NCBI GenBank assembly: GCA_963674965.2
Contig: CAXXFL010000007.1
Coordinates: 928,001 to 992,000, forward strand
Direction: 5' to 3'
Length of the DNA stretch: 64,000 bases
Source of the DNA: a bacterium
GTDB taxonomy: Bacteria; RBG-13-61-14; DATKZS01
Under the pieces are notes generated by a model. It worked only from the letters and a program-made list of their open reading frames with translations. It made no database searches and was not told the DNA's origin. The position numbers and the translations under genes were made by a program. This document shows, one piece after another, positions 38,407 through 48,128 of the stretch. Positions within the stretch are counted from its first letter, which is position 1. The number at the start of each line of letters is the position of its first letter.

Positions 38407-39419
38407 TGGAATCGGCAAGCACGGCCGCTCCCCGGGTCGGCGCCAAGGCCGCCTGCGAGGCCCTGGGCCTGTCGCGAGCAACGTTTAATCGTCGCGCTAA
38501 AATTCCCTTCGGGCCTCCGCCGCCGAGGCGCGCGGCCAAGCCGGCAAGGTCGTTGAGCGAGGACGAGCGGCGCCGGGTGCTGGACGAACTCCACTCCGAG
38601 CGCTTTGCCGACAAGGCCCCCCGCGAGGTCTGGGCAACGCTCCTGGACGAGGGGACATGGCTGTGCTCGGTCCGCACCATGTACCGCGTCCTCGACTCGG
38701 AAAAGGAAGTCCGGGAGCGGCGCAACCAACTCCGGCGTCCCCGATACAAAAAACCCGAGTTGCTGGCCGAGGCCCCCAACCAGGTCTGGTCCTGGGACGT
38801 CACCAAACTCAAGGGACCGGCCAAATGGACCTGCTACCAACTCTACGTGATCATGGACATCTTCAGCCGCTGCGTGGTGGGATGGATGATCGCCGGACGC
38901 GAAAGCGCGGAGCTGGCCCGCCGCCTGATCGGGGACAGCATCCGAAAACAGGGGATCGAGCCGGGACAACTCACCATCCACGCCGACCGGGGGAGTTCGA
39001 TGAAATCAAAGCCGGTGGCCTTCTTGATGGCCGACCTGGGCGTGACCAAGAGCCACTCGCGGCCCCACGTGTCCGACGACAACCCCTACTCGGAAAGCCA
39101 GTTCAAGACCATGAAGTACCGGCCCGAGTTCCCGAGCCGGTTCGGCTCCATCGAGGACGCCAGGGCCTTTTGCGTGAAGTTTTTCGATTGGTACAACCGC
39201 GAGCATCGGCACACCGGGATCGGCCTGATGACGCCCGAGATGGTCCATTACGGAATGGCGAGCGAGATCGTGGCCGCCAGGCAAAAAACGCTCGACCACG
39301 CCTATGAAAAAAAACCGGAGCGCTTCGTGAAAAGACCGCCGACGGCGCCGGAGTTGCCCGGCAAAGCGTGGATCAACCCACCGGCGAAACCGGAGGAAAT
39401 AAACAGTTTGCCACACTAA
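38403..39419 (+). CDS. IS transposase OrfB (rve/DDE)
   Basis: PNQVWSWDVT, MDIFSR.VVGW, HADRG, DNPYSESQFKTMK, YNREHRH. Confidence 0.93.
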   Translation: MMESASTAAPRVGAKAACEALGLSRATFNRRAKIPFGPPPPRRAAKPARSLSEDERRRVLDELHSERFADKAPREVWATLLDEGTWLCSVRTMYRVLDSEKEVRERRNQLRRPRYKKPELLAEAPNQVWSWDVTKLKGPAKWTCYQLYVIMDIFSRCVVGWMIAGRESAELARRLIGDSIRKQGIEPGQLTIHADRGSSMKSKPVAFLMADLGVTKSHSRPHVSDDNPYSESQFKTMKYRPEFPSRFGSIEDARAFCVKFFDWYNREHRHTGIGLMTPEMVHYGMASEIVAARQKTLDHAYEKKPERFVKRPPTAPELPGKAWINPPAKPEEINSLPH

Positions 39420-40314
39420 ATTCAGGAAAGGCGTGTCTCATTTTGCTTGACACATTCCGAGTATTGTCGGCGTGTAACGCGTTCAATACTATGATATCCG
39501 AGCAACCCTTGTTGTTAGAATTGCAGTGCATGCAGTTGAAAATGTCCGAATACTCGCCAGGGTAAGTTTCTCTAGGGAATTTGCCCCATCCGAACAGGAT
39601 AAACTCCGAAATCAATTCCGTTTTCGTGTCGGAGAAAACCATTACCAATTGATCCTTAGCATAGCCATCAACTTCAACCGATGGTGAGTATAATAACGAT
39701 TCATAATATTGGAAATATTCACTCCTGTCTATCTCGAATACAAGGTCGTAAAAGGAGGCGCTTAGGTAGGGTACATTTCTTATTATGTACGCGATTTCTC
39801 CGTTTGATATTTTGTCGTTCTCTTTCGCGATTGTCCTGATATAGTTGGACTCGGCGAAAACATTTTGGTTACCGCGCTCTCGCTCTGATAGCCAGCACCG
39901 ACCTAGTTCAATGAGGAAGCAATCATTATGATACCTCTGAAACATCAGCGAGTCGATTGATTCTCTTTCTTTTGATTTGTCCCATTCACATATTTCGTCA
40001 TGAGTGACATTGCATTCAGGATACGAGCTGTATTCGACAAGATATTCGGATTTGATGAGTCCATCGGCGGAGTTTAATCCGTCGGAAACAATGAGACAAA
40101 GGACAAAAACACACCCTATCATTTTCATTATTAATTTCTTATTCATCTATCCAACTCCATTCCATTTTCATTTTGCTATTCACTCCAAGTCAGCAATAAG
40201 GTCTTTGGCCGCCGCTGGAAAGATGGAAATTCCCATTTTACCCTTCTAGCTAAAACGGGGGTGATTTTGAAATAATTATTTTCCATCACTCCCAATATGA
40301 ACGCCATTCCTGTC

Positions 40315-40438
40315 TTCGTCCTCATGATTTGGCCCCTCGAGGTGAGAAATTAATAAGGCTTGTATAAGCTAAACATACTACTTGGCCTTTATATGTCAAG
40401 TGGAAAGACAAGGCCCGGGCTGGTGGATGCAAACCGAT
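40315..40438. repeat. ~125-bp direct repeat, copy 2, followed by a vestigial MRTKTGMAF... start
   Basis: Matches 35966-36091; minus-strand ATG at 40325 mirrors MRTKIAAALMAF of the FGE gene, then diverges into AT-rich DNA. Confidence 0.93.
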
Positions 40439-40541
40439 CCGGAGCGGGCCGCGGGCCGTCGCGTTTGCCGAATTCCTTGCAAAGGGGTATATATATTGTT
40501 CGATTGAAGCGCGCGATTTGGCCGCGCTTCCAAAGATTTTT

Positions 40542-41231
40542 ATGGCCTTCAATTACAAAGACGTGGTCCCCTGGGGTCGGAACTTCGACGAGTATCGGAG
40601 GATGTTCGCGCTGACGGAGGGGGACCTGGCAAGGAACGTGCTGGGCTGCGCGGACGGGCCGGCGGGGTTTAACGCGAGGATGAGGGGGATGGGCTTCAGG
40701 GTCACCTCGGCGGACCCCTTGTATCTTTTGCCTCGCCGCCTTGTCGAGTGCCGGATCGACGAGACCTACGACAACGTTATGGCCCAGACCCTGCGGAACC
40801 GGGAGAAGTTCGTATGGCGGGACTTCGAGTCTCCGGCCGAGCTGGGGGAGGTCAGGATGGAGGCCATGCGGGAGTTCCTGGCCGATTACCACCAGGGCCT
40901 TCGGGAGGGAAGGTACGTGGCCGCGGGCCTTCCCGCGCTTCCTTTTCGCGACGGGGCCTTCGGGCTCGCCCTTTGCTCGCATTACCTTTTTCTATACTCG
41001 GACAAGCTGTCCCTCGATTTCCACGCCCGGTCTGTCGAGGAGATGGTCCGGGTGGCGGGCGAGGCCAGGCTCTTTCCCCTCCTCGATTACAACGCCCGCC
41101 CCTCGGTCCACCTCGAGCCCCTGATCGAGAGGCTCGAGGGAAAGGGGCTAAGGGTCGAGATCAAGAAGGTTGACTACGAGTTCCAGATCGGCGGCGACGA
41201 GATGATGGCGGTCTCGCTCGGCGCGGCCTAG
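40542..41231 (+). CDS. Putative SAM-dependent methyltransferase
   Basis: VVPWGRNFDEYRRMF, LGCADGPAGFN, LPFRDGAFGLALCSH, YEFQ.GG. Confidence 0.8.
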   Translation: MAFNYKDVVPWGRNFDEYRRMFALTEGDLARNVLGCADGPAGFNARMRGMGFRVTSADPLYLLPRRLVECRIDETYDNVMAQTLRNREKFVWRDFESPAELGEVRMEAMREFLADYHQGLREGRYVAAGLPALPFRDGAFGLALCSHYLFLYSDKLSLDFHARSVEEMVRVAGEARLFPLLDYNARPSVHLEPLIERLEGKGLRVEIKKVDYEFQIGGDEMMAVSLGAA

Positions 41232-41479
41232 GACTTGCCCCGATACTCCTCGAGCTTGCCCGCGTCGGCCAGGGCCCGCGTCTCGTCGTAGCCGCCGATG
41301 AACTTTCCCCGCAGGACCACCATGGGCACGGTGCGCCAGTTGTACTCGAGCTTCATCCTCTCGAACTCGGCCCGGTCCTTTAACAAGCGTTCCTCGAACT
41401 CGATGCCCAGGTCCGTGAGCAGCGCCTTGGCCATCACGCAAAAGGGGCAGCCCGAGGTGGTGTATACGATGTTCTGCAT
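41228..41479 (-). CDS. Glutaredoxin (dithiol, GrxC-like)
   Basis: CPFC, TVP, IGGYD. Confidence 0.9.
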   Translation of the reverse strand: MQNIVYTTSGCPFCVMAKALLTDLGIEFEERLLKDRAEFERMKLEYNWRTVPMVVLRGKFIGGYDETRALADAGKLEEYRGKS

Positions 41480-41527
41480 GTCGTTCCTTTAGTAAGGGTC
41501 TATCCGGATAGATGGCGCGGATAAAAA

Positions 41528-42712
41528 TCAAGGACACCCAAGGTTATCGGCGAGGGCTTCACTTTGCGAAAGCGGCCCTGACTCCTGGACGCTCGTTCGA
41601 TCAACGTGGTCGATCTTCTTAATGAAGATCATAAACGCCAGAGTCAGCCAGAGATACGCAAGGGCGGCCGCGGGCGCTAAAAATATCCAAAAGAAATCCC
41701 CGTATATTTGATTGGCCGGCCATAGGAGGACTTCAATAAGCCTCGCGAAAAAGTCGCTTCCAATAATTTTGGCGTCGTTTAGCAAATTGAACGAGACGAA
41801 TTCAACCCAAAAAGCGTAGAGGAGAATAAGATAAACCAGTGGCCCCGTCTTCAAGGCGATAAACAAAGCAAACTTAACCGTCTTGAAAAAATGATAGGCC
41901 AAGAAACGCGCCGACGTCTTCAATGTCCCGATTAATCCTTGTCCCTTTATTATGTAAAGCGCGAGGTAGACGGACATGAAGAAGTGCAAAATAATTGCCA
42001 AGGCTAATAGCGCCTTGTCAAGTCCCCAAAATGCCCGCCCGGAAGTACCCGGCTCCAAACCGGCTAACAATGAATATTCCAGAAGGGCCGCCATGGCCAC
42101 AAAGGAAACAAGAAAAAGGGTCAGGGCATTTTTTACTAAAATTCCAGCTTTGATTTCCAGTGACTCGGAGGCAAGGTTGTAATAGACCATAAGCGCCAAT
42201 TGACACAGGTAGATGATTAAAAGCGGAATCGACAGGGAAATCGCGAACGATATTGGGGAACTTATAATAAAAAAATCAATTTTTCCATAAAGCCAAAGAT
42301 AATAAATACCCGGAAAAATCAAAATGGAAGAAACGGGAAGAGAAATTAAAATCAGGCTTTTCCAATGACCCTTGACAAACGCGAAAGACTGGGCGTAGAC
42401 CTCGCCGTAACTAACCGCGGGCTTTGGTTTTTTCGCGGTCCTTTTCGCGAGAGACCATTTTATCAGGGCGCCTAAAAGGGAAAAAATAACCGCGCCGGCC
42501 AGATAGGGCGCCAGGATGAAGTACGGGCTGTCCCATGGCCGGCTTTCATGATCGTATCCTATCGGGTACCACGTATACGTGACGAACGCCGAGAAATGAA
42601 AATGCTGGGCGAGGACCATGAACCACGACCAATAAAACAGGGCCTTTCCCGCTCCATCCCTTACCGGCCCTATTGCGGGCCCCGGCTTCTTTGTCATTTC
42701 AATCGTGGTCAT
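41528..42712 (-). CDS. Hypothetical polytopic membrane protein, lower GC
   Basis: 394-aa ORF with about 8-9 hydrophobic segments; RBS AGGGAG; no recognised motif. Confidence 0.65.
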   Translation of the reverse strand: MTTIEMTKKPGPAIGPVRDGAGKALFYWSWFMVLAQHFHFSAFVTYTWYPIGYDHESRPWDSPYFILAPYLAGAVIFSLLGALIKWSLAKRTAKKPKPAVSYGEVYAQSFAFVKGHWKSLILISLPVSSILIFPGIYYLWLYGKIDFFIISSPISFAISLSIPLLIIYLCQLALMVYYNLASESLEIKAGILVKNALTLFLVSFVAMAALLEYSLLAGLEPGTSGRAFWGLDKALLALAIILHFFMSVYLALYIIKGQGLIGTLKTSARFLAYHFFKTVKFALFIALKTGPLVYLILLYAFWVEFVSFNLLNDAKIIGSDFFARLIEVLLWPANQIYGDFFWIFLAPAAALAYLWLTLAFMIFIKKIDHVDRTSVQESGPLSQSEALADNLGCP

Positions 42713-42796
42713 AACGCGACTCCCTTTACCCTCGAGCGTAATTCAAAAGCAGGATTGCTACAATTCTCAGTATATAGATTTCGCGGACGTCCTTCA

Positions 42797-42827
42797 AGTA
42801 TTTCAGTCTGACAGTATTTCAGCCTGA
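42797..42827. promoter_or_regulatory. Tandem 15-bp repeat with internal dyads, between divergent genes
   Basis: AGTATTTCAGTCTGA-C-AGTATTTCAGCCTGA. Confidence 0.55.
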
Positions 42828-42953
42828 ATCTATCGAAGATTGATATCCTTGCAACATGGTCCCATGGCTCGGCCGCCGGCCGGACTTGTTCCTTGCCATT
42901 GCCCGGTCTAAACTCATGGGTTAGATAATAATACTTTCACGGGGGAATATATC

Positions 42954-45362
42954 ATGACTATTGCCGCGGCTTGCGACTCGGGCGTCCAGGTATGGAAGGC
43001 GGACGAGGGCCTTTCCAAAAGGGTGAAGCGCCTTCGGGACGAGTACTTCTCCTTCGAGGAGCGCGACCATTTCAGGAACGAGGTCATCGGCTACACCACG
43101 GGCGAGCCCGACGACGTACTGTTCTCGAGCTACCACTGGGGCGTGGCCCCCGAGGCCTTCATTTTTTCGAAGGCCTTTACGGACACCCTGGCCGCCTCGG
43201 CCGTGAAGGTTACGCTCCCCCCCGGCTTCTGGGGCATGTCGCTTCCCCGGCGGCGGGCGGTCTTCTTCAGCGAGGTGGTGACCAAGTACATGCCCGTCCA
43301 GATACTGGAGGGCGAGCTTATTGCGGGCGGCCACTTTAACACGGCCCTTTCCAAGACCCTCACGCCCGAGGAGACCAAGGAGTGGAAGAAGCGGGAGAAG
43401 AAGTGGTTCAGGAAGAGCCTGGTCATGAACGTGTTCGGGATCGGCAACTGCGGCGCCGTGCCCGGGCATCTCATTCCCGATTATCCCTCGGTAATCAAGA
43501 ACGGCTTCAAGGGGCTGGTGGAGAAGTTCGAGGGCCTCAAGGACAAAAAGCCCGCCGGGCATCGCGACTATCTCGAGGCCCTTATCGTATGCGCCGAGGC
43601 GGCCCGGGACTTCGCCGCCCGCTACGCCGGCCTCGCCGACAAACTGGCCCGGGCCGAGAAGGACGCCGGCCGGGCGGCCGAGCTTCGGGAGATGGCCCGT
43701 ATCTGCCGCAAGGTCCCGTGGGAGCCGGCCGGGACCTTCCAGGAGGCGCTCCAGTCTCTTTGGATCACGCACATGCTGGTCATGTCGGCCGAGTCATATC
43801 CCGGGCCAGGTCTCTCACCGGGCCGGGTGGACCAGTACCTCTATCCATATTATAAGTCCGACCTCGAGAGCGGCCGGATAACGCGGGACTGGGCCAAGGA
43901 GCTGATCCTCTGCTGGATGATCAAGCATAATTACGCCTACGACTTCATGGGCCGGGTGGGCACCAAGCAGGGCATCAACTCGTCCTTTGGCCAGCTCATC
44001 ACCATCGGCGGCCTGGGACCGAACGGCGAGGACATGAGCAACGACCTTACCATGCTCCTGCTCGACGCCATCGAGGAACTGAACATGCTCGAGCCCAAGC
44101 CCAACGTGAGGCTGCACAAGAACGTCGGGGAGGGGGTCCTGGACAAGGTGGTGCACATGGTGGCCAAGGCCCAGGGTTCACCCTTTTTGCTCAACTTCGA
44201 CGAGATATCCATGAAGGCCCTGAGGTGGGCCGGCCTTCCCGAGGACAAGCTGTGGGACTACGCGCCGGTGGGCTGCCTCGAGAACACGCTCCAGGGCAAC
44301 GACCGCTCGGGCACGGTGGACGTGAACCTCAACCTGGCCAAGCCGGTCGAGTTGGTCTTCGGCTCGGGCCGGGACCTGAAGCTGATAAAGCGGATCGGGG
44401 CCAGGACCCCGGACGCGGCGTCTCTATCTTCCTTCGCGGAGTTCAAGGCCGCCTACTTCGCCCAGCTCTCGAAACTGGTGGATTACATCCTCGAGATGGC
44501 GGAGGAGGCCGACGCCATGCGGGCCAAGTTCGAGCCGACCCCCTATCTGTCGGCCCTGGTGGGCGGCTGCGCCGAGTCGGGCAGGGACGTGACCGCCGGG
44601 GGCGCCGAGCACAACTTCATCACCGTGGAGGGAGTGGCCTTCGCCACGGCCGTGGACTCCCTGGCGGCGGTGAAGAAGCTGGTCTTCGAGGAGGGCCGTG
44701 TCAAGATGGCGGACCTGAAAAAGGCCGTCAAGAAAAACTTCGAGGGCCACGAGCCGCTAAGGCAGATGCTTATCAACCGGGCCCCCAAGTACGGGAACGA
44801 CGACCCCGAGGCGGACGGCATAGCGGCCGAGCTTAACTCCTTCCTGGCGGAAAAGGTCGGAGCGAGAAAATCCCCCGCCACGGGCCGGCGCTACAGGATG
44901 GGGTATCTCTCCTGGAACTACTGGGTGATCTACGCCGCGGCCACCCACGCCACTCCCGACGGCCGGAAGCGTGGAACGTACTTGAGCAACGGCGTCTGCC
45001 CCGTCACCGGCGCCGACCACAAGGGCCCCGTGTCGGTGGCCCGGTCGGTCTTTTCCATGAACCTCGAGAAGGCGCCCAACGGCGGGTCGCACACCATTTC
45101 CCTCAACCCGGCCATGGCCCGGACCGAGCACGGGCGGGAGAACATCAAGGCCTACCTCCGCGCCTACGGGGTGCAGGGGGGAAGCGCCCTCCAGATCAAC
45201 ATGATCGACCCCGCCACCCTGCGCAAGGCCCAGGCCAACCCTGGAGAATACGGCAACCTCCTGGTGCGGGTCACCGGATACAACGCCTACTTCACCTCGC
45301 TGGGCAAGGAAATACAGGACGAAATAATCGCCCGTGAAAGCCACAGGCTGGGAGGAGAATGA
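42954..45362 (+). CDS. Glycyl radical enzyme (PFL2/eliminase-like), substrate unknown
   Basis: SPGRVDQYL, Cys loop VGCLE, PKYGND, ATPDGR, Gly loop LVRVTGYNAYF. Confidence 0.93.
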   Translation: MTIAAACDSGVQVWKADEGLSKRVKRLRDEYFSFEERDHFRNEVIGYTTGEPDDVLFSSYHWGVAPEAFIFSKAFTDTLAASAVKVTLPPGFWGMSLPRRRAVFFSEVVTKYMPVQILEGELIAGGHFNTALSKTLTPEETKEWKKREKKWFRKSLVMNVFGIGNCGAVPGHLIPDYPSVIKNGFKGLVEKFEGLKDKKPAGHRDYLEALIVCAEAARDFAARYAGLADKLARAEKDAGRAAELREMARICRKVPWEPAGTFQEALQSLWITHMLVMSAESYPGPGLSPGRVDQYLYPYYKSDLESGRITRDWAKELILCWMIKHNYAYDFMGRVGTKQGINSSFGQLITIGGLGPNGEDMSNDLTMLLLDAIEELNMLEPKPNVRLHKNVGEGVLDKVVHMVAKAQGSPFLLNFDEISMKALRWAGLPEDKLWDYAPVGCLENTLQGNDRSGTVDVNLNLAKPVELVFGSGRDLKLIKRIGARTPDAASLSSFAEFKAAYFAQLSKLVDYILEMAEEADAMRAKFEPTPYLSALVGGCAESGRDVTAGGAEHNFITVEGVAFATAVDSLAAVKKLVFEEGRVKMADLKKAVKKNFEGHEPLRQMLINRAPKYGNDDPEADGIAAELNSFLAEKVGARKSPATGRRYRMGYLSWNYWVIYAAATHATPDGRKRGTYLSNGVCPVTGADHKGPVSVARSVFSMNLEKAPNGGSHTISLNPAMARTEHGRENIKAYLRAYGVQGGSALQINMIDPATLRKAQANPGEYGNLLVRVTGYNAYFTSLGKEIQDEIIARESHRLGGE

Positions 45363-45363
45363 A

Positions 45364-46191
45364 ATGGGAGCCATGAAAGGCCCGGCCGCCGCCGCCTTTA
45401 CCAAGATGTCCTATCACAAGTTCGCCGCCACCGTGAACGAAAAGGGCGAGCCCAACGTGGTGCCCCTTTTAAGCGCGCGCATGATCGATCCTGACACCAT
45501 CGCCTTCGCCAAGTTCATGGTATGGAAGACTAGACGAAACTTCGAGGCCAACGGCAAGATAACCTTCGCCTGTCCCGGTCCCGGCGGCAAGAGCTACGCG
45601 GCCAAGGGCGAGTTCACCGAGTGGCGGACGGAGGGGCCCATCCTGGAGGAGTTCGAAAAGGAGCCGCTCTACCGGTACAACGCCTACATGGGCGCGAACC
45701 TCATCGGAATAGTCAAGGTGAAAGAAGTCCTCGAGTTTCCCGGGGAAGGCATGATAAAGCCGCTCATCTCGGCCCTGGCCGTAAAGCCTCCAGCGCCCCG
45801 CGAGAACGGGGGACCCATGGGCGCGAGGGTGATGGAGAAATGGGGCCGCAGGCTGGCCATCAAGTTCATCGGCATGATCGATAAAAAAGGAGACCCCATT
45901 GCCCTGCCCCTCCAGCGCCTGACGGTCCTTAATTCCTCGACCATGGCCTTCCCCATGAGGCGGGACATAAGGCCCCTGGCCGACCTGAAAAAGGGCGACC
46001 GCGTGGCCGCCTCGGTGCTGGTCCTGGACCCCTCGGGCTACCAGGTAAAGGGTCGGTTCCTCGGGGCCGAGCGCCTGGCCGGCAAGGAGCACGGCTTTAT
46101 CAGCGTGGACGAGGTCTATACCGCGTCCCCCCCGGTCCCGGGCCGCCGCATATACCCCCTCGACGACTACCTGACCCGGCTCGAGGCTTGA
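45364..46191 (+). CDS. Tandem pyridoxamine-5'-phosphate-oxidase-like (split-barrel) protein
   Basis: KFAATVNEKGEPNVVP...KTRRNF..N and a second repeat KFIGMIDKKGDP...YQVKG...DEVY; starts 1 nt after the GRE stop. Confidence 0.72.
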   Translation: MGAMKGPAAAAFTKMSYHKFAATVNEKGEPNVVPLLSARMIDPDTIAFAKFMVWKTRRNFEANGKITFACPGPGGKSYAAKGEFTEWRTEGPILEEFEKEPLYRYNAYMGANLIGIVKVKEVLEFPGEGMIKPLISALAVKPPAPRENGGPMGARVMEKWGRRLAIKFIGMIDKKGDPIALPLQRLTVLNSSTMAFPMRRDIRPLADLKKGDRVAASVLVLDPSGYQVKGRFLGAERLAGKEHGFISVDEVYTASPPVPGRRIYPLDDYLTRLEA

Positions 46192-46537
46192 ACAATCCCG
46201 GGGAAGCGAGCGAGTCCGCGGCGGGGCCCGCGTCCCGGTTGTCGGCGCCGTGCCGGCCGGGGGTGGCGCGGGGATCGACCGCCCGTTTCACTGTGGCTGG
46301 CCTATGGGTATCTTTCCAGGACAGCCCCATTCAAAGTACCTTAATCCCATGCTCGATCCTGAGATTTGTATTCCCGTCTATACCTCTGGTCATGGGCCGT
46401 TAATGTCTTGGCGTTTTCCGGTCCAATAGAAACTCCCACTTTTTTCGTCTCACCGATTCTGATAATATGGCCCCATCGTTATTCAACTCTCGGACCGGCG
46501 GTCGCGCTCTCCGAGAGTCGCTTTGAGGAGGACCGCG

Positions 46538-47059
46538 ATGAAGATACTGATAGCGTATTTCAGTCAGACCGGCAACACTGAGAAGGTGGCCAGGGCGATC
46601 AAGGAGGAGGTTTCCTCGGCGCATGACGCGGCCATCCGCCGGGTGGAGGAAATCGGGGCGGACGACCTCGAGTCCCTCGGCCTCGTCTTTATCGGTTCCC
46701 CCATCCACGCCGGGGGACTGGCCAAGCCCGCGGCCGATTTCATCGCCTCATTGTCCGGGTCGGACGTCCCGGCCGCGGCCGGGTTCGTGACCCACAGCGC
46801 GCCCGCCTATCAAAGGGAAGGCTTTGAAAAGGGCCTCGAGGGCCTGGAGAAGGGGCTCGGGCAAAAGGGGATAAAGTATCTTGGGTGCTTCGACTGCCAG
46901 GGCAAGCTGGACCCGAAGATACAGCCTTTCGTTCAGCAAAAGTTCGGCCACGACGACGAGACCTGGTCCGAGATGATGTCCAAAACCGACCCTCACCCCG
47001 ACGAGGAGGACCTTGCCAGGGCCGCGGTCTTCGCCAGGGAAACCCTGGAGAAATTGTGA
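46538..47059 (+). CDS. Flavodoxin-family protein
   Basis: YFSQTGNTEKVA, FIGSP, F.CQG, HPDEEDL. Confidence 0.88.
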   Translation: MKILIAYFSQTGNTEKVARAIKEEVSSAHDAAIRRVEEIGADDLESLGLVFIGSPIHAGGLAKPAADFIASLSGSDVPAAAGFVTHSAPAYQREGFEKGLEGLEKGLGQKGIKYLGCFDCQGKLDPKIQPFVQQKFGHDDETWSEMMSKTDPHPDEEDLARAAVFARETLEKL

Positions 47060-47079
47060 CCCTTGAAGGCTTGCCGGCG

Positions 47080-47988
47080 CTAGAGCCTTCCTTCCTTTTT
47101 CATTTCCGCGGCCAGGTCCAGGTCGAGGGGAAAGACGCCGTCTTTGAATTCGGCGTTATAGGACCGGGCCTGGCTGGGGCACTTCTCGACGCATAATCCA
47201 CATCCCATGCAGGCTTCCTCATTGTAAACCGGCCGTCCGTGCTCGTCGGAGGTGATGGCGTCGAAGATGCAGACCTGGGCGCAGGTCCCGCAGGTGTCGC
47301 ACTTGTTGGGGTCGTGGTCAACCTTATAGCCGGAGGGGGCCACGTTGGTGATTCCCTCCGCCCCCTTGATTTTTTTCACCACTCTCATTCCCTGAAGTCC
47401 GCCGCAGCAGCACGAGCAGCAGTTGCAGATGACTCCGGTCCTGCCCCCGGTGGCCACCTTGAACCAGGCCGTGGTAATGCAGCCGTCGGCCCTTCTGTCC
47501 TTGACGATCTGGAGGGCCTCCTCCTTGGATATCCTTCTCGGGTGAAACCTGGTCCCATGCTCGAGCCAAAGCTGGGCGAAGACCTTGCCCACGGCCAGGC
47601 ACGTGCTTACCGGCTCGCAATGGGTCTCGCGAGAAAGGCGGCAGGGGCAGTCCATGACGGCCAGCCACTCGGGTTCCTCGATTATTATCTTGTTGGCGTA
47701 AGGGAAAGGGATTATTTGCTCGGCCGGGCCGTAGTTCACGTCCTTGTCGAGCTTGATGATCTTGGCCGCCTCGTTGGGAGTTATCACCTTGGCGTGATAC
47801 CGCGCGTAGACCATCTTGAATAGCCGGCCGGTAGGGCGGAAGTTTCCCAGCGCGCCGATGACCAGGTCACCCATCTTGAGGAATATCTTGACGTAGGGAT
47901 CGTATCGCGAAAAATACAGCCAGTTATGAAAAGCCCGGTCGATCCTCCAACCGTGCAGCTTGAGTATACTCCTGGTGGACTCCTTCAT
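47080..47988 (-). CDS. Cys-rich 4Fe-4S protein
   Basis: CPCR...C...C, CNCCSCCC, two CxxCxxCxxxC motifs. Confidence 0.82.
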   Translation of the reverse strand: MKESTRSILKLHGWRIDRAFHNWLYFSRYDPYVKIFLKMGDLVIGALGNFRPTGRLFKMVYARYHAKVITPNEAAKIIKLDKDVNYGPAEQIIPFPYANKIIIEEPEWLAVMDCPCRLSRETHCEPVSTCLAVGKVFAQLWLEHGTRFHPRRISKEEALQIVKDRRADGCITTAWFKVATGGRTGVICNCCSCCCGGLQGMRVVKKIKGAEGITNVAPSGYKVDHDPNKCDTCGTCAQVCIFDAITSDEHGRPVYNEEACMGCGLCVEKCPSQARSYNAEFKDGVFPLDLDLAAEMKKEGRL

Positions 47989-48128
47989 TTATCCTCCCAT
48001 GCCGGCCTTGTCGGGGACGAGCCTCCGGACCATCTGGCGTTCCCGTCGCGAGCGGGCGGCTCCACCCAACTTTGGATGGCGCGGGCGGACAAGTTTGGAT
48101 CGAAGCCGCCCGCTCGCGACGGGACCGT

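Larger units (their letters stand above)
37798..39459 (+). mobile_element. IS3-like insertion sequence, 1662 bp, 3-bp target duplication AGT
   Basis: AGT at 37795-37797 and 39460-39462; imperfect IRs TGTGCCAACGTAGATGAGACAC and GTGTCTCATTTTGCTTGACACA; GC-rich within AT-rich DNA. Confidence 0.9.
37504..40146 (-). pseudogene. Paralogue of 36475..37449 interrupted by an IS (5' part 40146-39460, 3' part 37797-37504)
   Basis: Removing the IS and one AGT copy restores ...ALHADNTDNYNKCIKNLDGID..., colinear with ALSAGSLDDYNKCILNLDAID in the paralogue. Confidence 0.9.
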
